A stretch of DNA of 64,000 nt. Source: Eledone cirrhosa (taxonomy: Eukaryota). The notes below the pieces were generated by a model. It made no database searches. It saw only the letters and a list, made by a program, of their open reading frames with translations, and had not been told where the DNA came from. Positions 51,901-63,500 of this stretch are shown here, piece by piece. How positions within the stretch are numbered: the stretch's first letter is position 1; every line of letters starts with the position of its first letter. Location: NCBI GenBank assembly GCA_964016885.1, contig OZ024744.1, forward strand, positions 22,506,001 through 22,570,000, written 5' to 3'. The position numbers and the translations under genes were made by a program.

Positions 51901-54590
51901 GTTGACATAGATAACATAGAGTGAGATGTTGTCGTGGCGGTTAGTTAGGTTGACATAGATAAAATAGGTGGGATGTTGTCGTGGTGGTCAGTTAGGTTGA
52001 CATAGATAACATAGGTGGGATGTTGTCGTGGTCAGTTAGCTTGACATAGATAACATAGAGTGAGATGTTGTCGTGGTGGTCAGTTAGGTTGACATAGATA
52101 ACACAGTGTGAGATGTTGTCGTGGTGTTCAGTTAGGTTGACATAGATAACATAGAGTGAGATGTTGTCGTGGTGGTCTGTTAGGTTGACATAGATAACAT
52201 AGAGTGGGATGTTCTCATGGTGGTCAGTTAGGTTGACATAGATAACATAGGTGGGATGTTGTCGTCGTGGTCAGTTAGGTTGACATATATAACATAGAGT
52301 GAGTTGTTGTCGTGGTGGTCAGTTAGGTTGACATAGATATCATAGGTGAGATGTTGTCGTGGTGGTCAGTTAGGTTGACATAGATAACATAGAGTGAGAT
52401 GTTGTCGTGGTGGTCAGTTAGGTTGACATAGATAACATAGGTGGGATGTTGTCGTGGTGGTCAGTTAGGTTGACATAGATAACATAGGTGGGATGTTGTC
52501 GTGGTCAGTTAGGTTGACATAGATAACATAGGTGGGATGTTGTCGTGGTGGTCAGTTAGGTTGACATAGATAACATAGGTGGGATGTTGTCGTGGTGGTC
52601 AGTTAGGTTGACATAGATAACATAGGTGAGATGTTGTCGTGGTGGTCAGTTAGGTTGACATAGATAACATAGAGTGAGATATTGTCGTGGCGGTTAGTTA
52701 GGTTGACATAGATAAAATAGGTGGGATGTTGTCGTGGTGCTCAGTTAGGTTGACATTGATAACATAGGTGGGATGTTGTCGTGGTCAGTTAGCTTGACAT
52801 AGATAACATAGAGTGAGATGTTGTCGTGGTGGTCAGTTAGGTTGACATAGATAACACAGAGTGAGATGTTGTCGTGGTGGTCAGTTAGGTTGACATGAGT
52901 TAACATAGGTGGGATGTTGTCGTGGTCAGTTAGGTTGACTTAGATAAAATAGAGTGAGATGTTGTCGTGGTGGTCAGTCAGGTTGATATAGATAACATAG
53001 AGTGAGATGTTGTCGTGGTTTTCTGTTAGGTTTACATAGATAACATAGAGTGAGATGTTGTCGTGGTGGTCAGTTAGGTTGACATAGATAACATAGAGCG
53101 GGATGTTGTCGTGGTGGTCAGTTAGGTTGACATAGATAACATAGGTTGGATGCTGTCGTGGTCAGTTAGGTTGACATAGGTAACATAGGTGGGATGTTGT
53201 CGTGGTGGTCAGTTAGGTTGACATAGATAACATAGGTGGGATGTTGTCGTGGTGGTCAGTTAGTTTGACATAGATAACATAGAGTGAGATGTTGTCGTGG
53301 TGGTCAGTTAGGTTGACATAGATAACATAGGTGGGATGTTGTCGTGGTGGTCAGTTAGGTTGACATAGATAACATAGGTGGGATGTTGTCGTGGTCAGTT
53401 AGGTTGACATAGATAACATAGGTGGGATGTTGTCGTGGTGGTCAGTTAGGTTGACATAGATAACATAGGTGGGATGTTGTCGTGGTGGTCAGTTAGTTTG
53501 ACATAGATAACATAGAGTGAGATGTTGTCGTGGTGGTCAGTTAGGTTGACATAGATAACATAGGTGGGATGTTGTCGTGGTGGTCAGTTAGGTTGACATA
53601 GATAACATAGGTGGGATGTTGTCGTGGTCAGTTAGGTTGACATAGATAACATAGGTGGGATGTTGTCGTGGTGGTCAGTTAGGTTGACATAGATAACATA
53701 GGTGGGATGTTGTCGTGGTGGTCAGTTAGGTTGACATAGATAACATAGGTGGGATGTTGTCGTGGTGGTCAGTTAGGTTGACATAGATAACATAGAGTGG
53801 GATGTTGTGGTGGTGGTCAGTTAGGTTGACATGAGTTAACAAAGGTGGGATGTTGTCGTGGTCAGTTAGGTTGACTTAGATAACATAGAGTGAGATGTTG
53901 TCGTGGTGGTCAGTCAGGTTGATATAGATAACATAGAGTGAGATGTTGTCGTGGTTTTCAGTTAGGTTTACATAGATAACATAGAGCGGGATGTTGTCGT
54001 GGTGGTCAGTTAGGTTGACATAGATAAAAAAATTGAGATGTTGTCGTGGTGGTCAGTTAGGTTGACATAGATAACATAGGTGGGATGTTGTCGTGGTCAG
54101 TTAGGTTGACATAGATAACATAGAGTGAGATGTTGTCGTGGTTGTCAGTTAGGTTGACATAGATAACATAGAGTGGGATGTTGTCGTGGTGGTCAGTCAG
54201 GTTGATATAGATAACATAGAGTGAGATGTTGTCGTGGTGGTCAGTTATGTTGACATAGATAACATAGAGTGAGATGTTATCGTGGTGTTCAGTTAGGTTG
54301 ACATAGATAACATAGAGTGAGATGTTGTCGTGGTTGTCAGTTAGGTTGACATAGATAACATAGAGTGGGATGTTGTCGTGGTGGTCAGTTAGGTTGACAT
54401 AGATAACATAGGTGGGATGTTGTCGCCGAGGTCATTTAGGTTGACATATATAACATAGAGTGAAACGTTTTTCGTGGTGGTCAGTTAGGTTGACATAGAT
54501 AACATAGAGTGAGATGTTGTCGTGGTGGTCAGTTATGTTGACATAGATAACATAGGTGGGATGTTGTCGTGGTGGTCAGTTAGGTTGACA
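48960..54590. repeat. Tandem duplication with 2,868-bp offset (first copy lacks 3 monomers); a partial third copy lies at ~63000-64000
   Basis: Offset of 2,868 for ATATTGTCGTGGCGG (49811/52679), GTTAGTTTGA (50391/53259) and TGAAACGTTTTTCG (51593/54461). The offset is 2,725 for the upstream GTGGTCGTCA (49161/51886). A third TGAAACGTTTTTCG is at 63731. Confidence 0.9.
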
Positions 54591-57500
54591 TAGATAACAT
54601 AGGTGGGATGTTGTCGTGGTCAGTTAGGTTGACATAGATAACATAGGTGGGATGTTGTCGTGGTGGTCAGTTAGTTTGACATAGATAACATAGGTGGGAT
54701 GTTGTCGTGGTGGTCAGTTAGGTTGACGTAGATAACATAGAGTGAGATGTTGTCGTGGTGTTCAGTTAGGTTGACATAGATAACATAGGTGGGATGTTGT
54801 CGTGGTGGTCAGTTAGGTTGACATAGATAACATAGGTGGGATGTTGTCGTGGTCAGTTAGCTTGACATAGATAACATGGAGTGAGATGTTGTCGTGGTGG
54901 TCAGTTAGGTTGACATAGATAACATAGAGTGAGATGTTGTCGTGGTGTTCAGTTAGGTTGACATAGATAATATAGTGTGAGATGTTGTCGTGGTGGTCAG
55001 TTAGTTTGACATAGATAACATAGAGTGGGATGTTGTCGTGGTGGTCAGTTAGGTTGACATAGATAACATAGAGCGGGATGTTGTCGTGGTGGTCAGTTAG
55101 GTTGACATAGATAACATAGGTGGAAGTTGTCGTCGTGGTCAGTTAGGTTGACATAGATAACATAGGTGGGATGTTGTCGTGGTCAGTTAGGTTGACATAG
55201 ATAACATATGTGGGATGTTGTCGTGGTGGTCAGTTAGGTTGACATAGATAACATAGGTGGGATGTTGTCGTGGTGGTCAGTTAGGTTGACATAGATAACA
55301 TAGGTGGGATGTTGTCGTGGTGGTCAGTTAGGTTGACATAGATAACATAGAGTGGGATGTTGTCGTGGTGGTCAGTTAGGTTGACATAGATAACATAGGT
55401 GGGATGTTGTCGTGGTCAGTTAGGTTGACTTAGATAACATAGAGTGAGATGTTGTCGTGGTGGTCAGTTAGGTTGACATAGATAACATAGAGTGAGATGT
55501 TGTCGTGGTGTTCAGTTAGGTTGACATAGATAACATAGAGTGAGGTGTTGTCGTGGTGGTCAGTTAGGTTGACATAGATAACATAGAGCGGGATGTTGTC
55601 GTGGTGGTCAGTTAGGTTAACATAGATAACATAGGTGGGATGTTGTCGTGGTGGTCAGTTAGGTTGACATAGATAACATAGGTGGGATGCTGTCGTGGTC
55701 AGTTAGGTTGACATAGATAACATAGGTGGGATGTTGTCGTGGTGGTCAGTTAAGTTGACATAGATAACATAGGTGGGATGTTGTCGTGGTGGTCAGTTAG
55801 GTTCACATAGATAACATAGGTGGGGTGTTGTCGTGGTGGTCAGTTAGGTTGACATAGATAACATAGAGTGAGATGTTGTCGTGGCGGTTAGTTAGGTTGA
55901 CATAGATAAAATAGGTGGGATGTTGTCGTGGTGGTCAGTTAGGTTGACAGTGATAACATAGGTGGGATGTTGTCGTGGTCAGTTAGCTTGACATAGATAA
56001 CATAGAGTGAGATGTTGTCGTGGTGGTCAGTTAGGTTGACATAGATAACACAGTGTGAGATGTTGTCGTGGTGTTCAGTTAGGTTGACATAGATAACATA
56101 GAGTGAGATGTTGTCGTGGTGGTCAGTTAGGTTGACATAGATAACATAGAGTGGGATGTTCTCGTGGTGGTCAGTTAGGTTGACATAGATAACATAGGTG
56201 GGATGTTGTCGTGGTGGTCAGTTAGGTTGACATGAGTTAACATAGGTGGGATGTTGTCGTGGTCAGTTAGGTTGACTTAGATAACATAGAGTGAGATGTT
56301 GTCGTGGTGGTCAGTTAGGTTGATATAGATAACATAGAGTGAGATGTTGTCGTGGTTTTCAATTAGGTTTACATAGATAACATAGAGTGAGATGTTGTCG
56401 TGGTGGTCAGTTAGGTTGACATAGATAACATAGAGCGGGATGTTGTCGTGGTGGTCAGTTAGGTTGACATAGATAACATAGGTGGGATGTTGTCGTCGTG
56501 GTCAGTTAGGTTGACATAGATAAAAAAGTGAGATGTTGTCGTGGTGGTCAGTAGGTTGACATAGATAACATAGGTGGGATGTTGTCGTGGTGGTCAGTTA
56601 GGTTGACATAGATAACATAGGTGGGATGTTGTCGTGGTCAGTTAGGTTGACATAGATAACATAGGTGGGATGTTGTCGTGGTGGTCAGTTAGGTTGACAT
56701 AGATAACATAGGTGGGATGTTGTCGTGGTGGTCAGTTAGTTTGACATAGATAACATAGGTGAGGTGTTGTCGTGGTGGTCAGTTATGTTGACATAGATAA
56801 CATAGTGTCAGATGTTGTCGTGGTGTTCAGTTAGGTTGACATAGATAACACAGAGTGAGATGTTGTCGTGGTGGTCAGTTAGGTTGACATAGATAACATA
56901 GAGTGGGATGTTGTCGTGGTGGTCAGTTAGGTTGGCATAGATAACATAGGTGGGATGTTGTCGTGCTGGTCAGTTAGGTTGACATAGATAACATAGGTGG
57001 GATGTTGTCGTGGTCAGTTAGGTTGGCATAGATAACATAGGTGGGATGTTGTCGTGGTGGTCAGTTAGGTTGACATAGATAACATAGGTGGGATGTTGTC
57101 GTGGTGGTCAGTTAGGTTGACATAGATAACATAGGTGGGATGTTGTCGTGGTCAGTTAGCTTGACATAGATAACATGGAGTGAGATGTTGTCGTGGTGGT
57201 CAGTTAGGTTGACATAGATAACATAGAGTGATATGTTGTCGTGGTGTTCAGTTAGGTTGACATAGATAATATAGTGTGAGATGTTGTCGTGGTGGTCAGT
57301 TAGGTTGACATAGATAACATAGAGCGGGATGTTGTCGTGGTGGTCAGTTAGGTTGACATAGATAACATAGGTGGGATGTTGTCGTCGTGGTCAGTTAGGT
57401 TGACATAGATAACATAGGTGGGATGTTGTCGTGGTCAGTTAGGTTGACATAGATAACATAGGTGGGATGTTGTCGTGGTGGTCAGTTAGGTTGACATAGA

Positions 57501-60500
57501 TAACATAGAGTGAGATGTTGTCGTGGCGGTTAGTTAGGTTGACATAGATACAATAGGTGGGATGTTGTCGTGGTGGTCAGTTAGGTTGACAGTGATAACA
57601 TAGGCGGGATGTTGTCGTGGTCAGTTAGCTTGACATAGATAACATAGAGTGAGATGTTGTCGTGGTGGTCAGTTAGGTTGACATAGATAACATGGAGTGA
57701 GATGTTGTCGTGGTCAGTTAGGTTGACATAGATAACATAGAGTGAGATGTTGTCGTGGTGGTCAGTTAGGTTGACATAGATAACATGGAGTGAGATGTTG
57801 TCGTGGTCAGTTAGGTTGACATAGATAACACAGTGTGAGATGTTGTCGTGGTGTTCAGTTAGGTTGACATAGATAACATAGAGTGAGATGTTGTCGTGGT
57901 GGTCTGTTAGGTTGACATAGATAACATAGAGTGGGATGTTCTCATGGTGGTCAGTTAGGTTGACATAGATAACATAGGTGGGATGTTGTCGTGGTGGTCA
58001 GTTAGGTTGACATAGATAACATAGAGTGGGATGTTGTCGTGGTGGTCAGTTAGGTTGACATGAGTTAACATAGTTGGGATGTTGTCGTGGTCAGTTAGGT
58101 TGACTTAGATAACATAGAGTGAGATGTTGTCGTGGTGGTCAGTCAGGTTGATATAGATAACATAGAGTGAGATGTTGTGGTGGTTTTCAGTTAGGTTTAC
58201 ATAGATAACATAGAGTGAGATGTTGTCGTGGTGGTCAGTTACGTTGACATAGATAACATAGAGCGGGATGTTGTCGTGGTGGTCAGTTAGGTTGACATAG
58301 ATAAAAAAATTGAGATGTTGTCGTGGTGGTCAGTTAGGTTGACATAGATAACATAGGTGGGATGTTGTCGTGGTCAGTTAGGTTGACATAGATAACATAG
58401 AGTGAGATGTTGTCGTGTTTGTCAGTTAGGTTGACATAGATAACATAGAGTGGGATGTTGTCGTGGTGGTCAGTTAGGTTGATATAGATAACATAGAGTG
58501 AGATGTTGTCGTGGTGGTCAGTTATGTTGACATAGATAACATAGAGTGAGATGTTGTCGTGGTTGTCAGTTAGGTTGACATAGATAACATAGAGTGGGAT
58601 GTTGTCGTGGTGGTCAGTTAGGTTGACATAGATAACATAGGTGGGATGTTGTCGTGGTTGTCAGTTAGGTTGACATAGATAACATAGAGTGGGATGTTGT
58701 CGTGGTGGTCAGTTAGGTTGACGTAGATAACATAGGTGGGATGTTGTCGCCGAGGTCAGTTAGGTTGACATATATAACATAGAGTGAAATGTTGTCGTGG
58801 TGGTCAGTTAGGTTGACATAGATAACATAGGTGGGATGTTGTCGTGGTGGTCAGTTAGGTTGACATAGATAACATAGGTGGGATGTTGTCGTGGTGGTCA
58901 GTTAGATTGACGTAGATAACATAGAGTGAGATGTTGTCGTGGTGTTCAGTTAGGTTGACATAGATAACATAGGTGGGATGTTGTCGTGGTGGTCAGTTAG
59001 GTTGACATAGATAACATAGGTGGGATGTTGTCGTGGTCAGTTAGCTTGACATAGATAACATGGAGTGATATGTTGTCGTGGTGGTCAGTTAGGTTGACAT
59101 AGATAACATAGAGTGAGATGTTGTCGTGGTGTTCAGTTAGGTTGACATAGATAATATAGTGTGAGATGTTGTCGTGGTGGTCAGTTAGGTTGACATAGAT
59201 AACATAGAGTGGGATGTTGTCGTTGTGGTCAGTTAGGTTGACATAGATAACATAGAGCGGGATGTTGTCGTGGTGGTCAGTTAGGTTGACATAGATAACA
59301 TAGGTGGAAGTTGTCGTCGTGGTCAGTTAGGTTGACATAGATAACATAGGTGGGATGTTGTCGTGGTCAGTTAGGTTGACATAGATAACATAGGTGGGAT
59401 GTTGTCGTGGTGGTCAGTTAGGTTGACATAGATAACATAGGTGGGATGTTGTCGTGGTGGTCAGTTAGGTTGACATAGATAACATAGAGTGGGATGTTGT
59501 CGTGTTGGTCAGTTAGGTTGACATAGATAACATAGGTGGGATGTTGTCGTGGTCAGTTAGGTTGACTTAGATAACATAGAGTGAGAGGTTGTCGTGGTGG
59601 TCAGTTAGGTTGACATAGATAACATAGAGTGAGATGTTGTCGTGGTGTTCAGTTAGGTTGACATAGATAACATAGAGTGAGGTGTTGTCGTGGTGGTCAG
59701 TTAGGTTGACATAGATAACATAGAGCGGGATGTTGTCGTGGTGGTCAGTTAGGTTGACATAGATAACATAGGTGGGATGTTGTCGTGGTGGTCAGTTAGG
59801 TTGACATAGATAACATAGGTGGGATGCTGTCGTGGTCAGTTAGGTTGACATAGATAACATAGGTGGGATGTTGTCGTGGTGGTCAGTTAGGTTGACATAG
59901 ATAACATAGGTGGGATGTTGTCGTGGTGGTCAGTTAGGTTGACATAGATAACATAGGTGGGGTGTTGTCGTGGTGGTCAGTTAGGTTGACATAGATAACA
60001 TAGAGTGAGATGTTGTCGTGGCGGTTAGTTAGGTTGACATAGATAAAATAGGTGGGATGTTGTCGTGGTGGTCAGTTAGGTTGACATAGATAACATAGGT
60101 GGGATGTTGTCGTGGTCAGTTAGCTTGACATAGATAACATAGAGTGAGATGTTGTCGTGGTGGTCAGTTAGGTTGACATAGATAACACAGTGTGAGATGT
60201 TGCCGTGGTGTTCAGTTAGGTTGACATAGATAACATAGAGTGAGATGTTGTCGTGGTGGTCTGTTAGGTTGACATAGATAACATAGAGTGGGATGTTCTC
60301 ATGGTGGTCAGTTAGGTTGACATAGATAACATAGGTGGGATGTTGTCGTCGTGGTCAGTTAGGTTGACATATATAACATAGAGTGAGTTGTTGTCGTGGT
60401 GGTCAGTTAGGTTGACATAGATATCATAGGTGAGATGTTGTCGTGGTGGTCAGTTAGGTTGACATAGATAACATAGAGTGAGATGTTGTCGTGGTGGTCA

Positions 60501-63500
60501 GTTAGGTTGACATAGATAACATAGGTGGGATGTTGTCGTGGTGGTCAGTTAGGTTGACATAGATAACATAGGTGGGATGTTGTCGTGGTCAGTTAGGTTG
60601 ACATAGATAACATAGGTGGGATGTTGTCGTGGTGGTCAGTTAGGTTGACATAGATAACATAGGTGGGATGTTGTCGTGGTGGTCAGTTAGGTTGACATAG
60701 ATAACATAGGTGGGATGTTGTCGTGGTGGTCAGTTAGGTTGACATAGATAACATAGAGTGGAATGTTGTCGTGGTGGTCAGTTAGGTTGACATGAGTTAA
60801 CATAGGTGGGATGTTGTCGTGGTCAGTTAGGTTGACTTAGATAAAATAGAGTGAGATGTTGTCGTGGTGGTCAGTCAGGTTGATATAGATAACATAGAGT
60901 GAGATGTTGTCGTGGTTTTCAGTTAGGTTTACATAGATAACATAGAGTGAGATGTTGTCGTGGTGGTCAGTTAGGTTGACATAGATAACATAGAGCGGGA
61001 TGTTGTCGTGGTCGTCAGTTAGGTTGACATAGATAACATAGGTGGGATGCTGTCGTGGTCAGTTAGGTTGACATAGATAACATAGGTGGGATGTTGTCGT
61101 GGTGGTCAGTTAGGTTGACATAGATAACATAGGTGGGATGTTGTCGTGGTGGTCAGTTAGGTTGACATAGATAACATAGGTGGCGTATTGTCGTGGTGGT
61201 CAGTTAGGTTGACATAGATAACATAGAGTGAGATATTGTCGTGGCGGTTAGTTAGGTTGACATAGATAAAATAGGTGGGATGTTGTCGTGGTGCTCAGTT
61301 AGGTTGACATTGATAACATAGGTGGGATGTTGTCGTGGTCAGTTAGCTTGACATAGATAACATAGAGTGAGATGTTGTCGTGGTGGTCAGTTAGGTTGAC
61401 ATAGATAACACAGAGTGAGATGTTGTCGTGGTGTTCAGTTAGGTTGACATAGATAACATAGAGTGAGATGTTGTCGTGGTGGTCAATTAGGTTGACATAG
61501 ATAACATAGAGTGGGATGTTCTCGTGGTGGTCAGTTAGGTTGACATAGATAACATAGGTGGGATGTTGTCGTCGTGGTCAGTTAGGTTGACATATATAAC
61601 ATAGAGTGAGATGTTGTCGTGGTGGTCAGTTAGGTTGACATAGATATCATAGGTGGGATGTTGTCATGGTGGTCAGTTAGTTTGACATAGATAACATAGA
61701 GTGTGATGTTGTCGTGGTGGTCAGTTAGGTTGACATAGATAACATAGAGTGGGATGTTGTCGTGGTGGTCAGTTAGGTTGACATGAGTTAACATAGGTGG
61801 GATGTTGTCGTGGTCAGTTAGGTTGACTTAGATAAAATAGAGTGAGATGTTGTCGTGGTGGTCAGTCAGGTTGATATAGATAACATAGAGTGAGATGTTG
61901 TCGTGGTTTTCAGTTAGGTTTACATAGATAACATAGAGTGAGATGTTGTCGTGGTGGTCAGTTAGGTTGACATAGATAACATAGAGCGGGATGTTGTCGT
62001 GGTGGTCAGTTAGGTTGACATAGATAACATAGGTTGGATGCTGTCGTGGTCAGTTAGGTTGACATAGGTAACATAGGTGGGATGTTGTCGTGGTGGTCAG
62101 TTAGGTTGACATAGATAACATAGGTGGGATGTTGTCGTGGTGGTCAGTTAGGTTGATATAGATAACATAGGTGGCGTATTGTCGTGGTGGTCAGTTAGGT
62201 TGACATAGATAACATAGAGTGAGATGTTGTCGTGGCGGTTAGTTAGGTTGACATAGATAAAATAGGTGGGATGTTGTCGTGGTGCTCAGTTAGGTTGACA
62301 TTGATAACATAGGTGGGATGTTGTCGTGGTCAGTTAGCTTGACATAGATAACATAGAGTGAGATGTTGTCGTGGTGGTCAGTTAGGTTGACATAGATAAC
62401 ACAGAGTGAGATGTTGTCGTGGTGTTCAGTTAGGTTGACATAGATAACATAGAGTGAGATGTTGTCGTGGTGGTCAGTTAGGTTGACATAGATAACATAG
62501 GTGGGATGTTGTCGTCGTGGTCAGTTAGGTTGACATATATAACATAGAGTGAGATGTTGTCGTGGTGGTCAGTTAGGTTGACATAGATATCATAGGTGGG
62601 ATGTTGTCGTGGTGGTCAGTTAGTTTGACATAGATAACATAGAGTGAGATGTTGTCGTGGTGGTCAGTTAGGTTGACATAGATATCATAGGTGGGATGTT
62701 GTCGTCGTGGTCAGTTAGGTTGACATATATAACATAGAGTGAGATGTTGTCGTGGTGGTCAGTTAGGTTGACATAGATATCATAGGTGGGATGTTGTCGT
62801 GGTGGTCAGTTAGTTTGACATAGATAACATAGAGTGAGATGTTGTCGTGGTGGTCAGTTAGGTTGACATAGATAACATAGGTGGGATGTTGTCGTGGTCA
62901 GTTAGGTTGACATAGATAACATAGGTGGGATGTTGTCGTGGTGGTCAGTTAGGTTGACATAGATAACATAGGTGGGATGTTGTCGTGGTGGTCAGTTAGG
63001 TTGACATAGATAACATAGGTGGGATGTTGTCGTGGTGGTCAGTTAGGTTGACATAGATAACATAGAGTGGGATGTTGTCGTGGTGGTCAGTTAGGTTGAC
63101 ATGAGTTAACAAAGGTGGGATGTTGTCGTGGTCAGTTAGGTTGACTTAGATAACATAGAGTGAGATGTTGTCGTGGTGGTCAGTCAGGTTGATATAGATA
63201 ACATAGAGTGAGATGTTGTCGTGGTTTTCAGTTAGGTTTACATAGATAACATAGAGCGGGATGTTGTCGTGGTGGTCAGTTAGGTTGACATAGATAAAAA
63301 AATTGAGATGTTGTCGTGGTGGTCAGTTAGGTTGACATAGATAACATAGGTGGGATGTTGTCGTGGTCAGTTAGGTTGACATAGATAACATAGAGTGAGA
63401 TGTTGTCGTGGTTGTCAGTTAGGTTGACATAGATAACATAGAGTGGGATGTTGTCGTGGTGGTCAGTCAGGTTGATATAGATAACATAGAGTGAGATGTT

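Noticed and set aside
7225-56560. Singleton small indels (GTGGGTGG ~7231, extra G ~11470, GATGTTCG ~33533, GTAGG ~56551)
   Set aside because: They are isolated 1-3 bp changes seen once each, and cannot be told apart from sequencing or consensus error.
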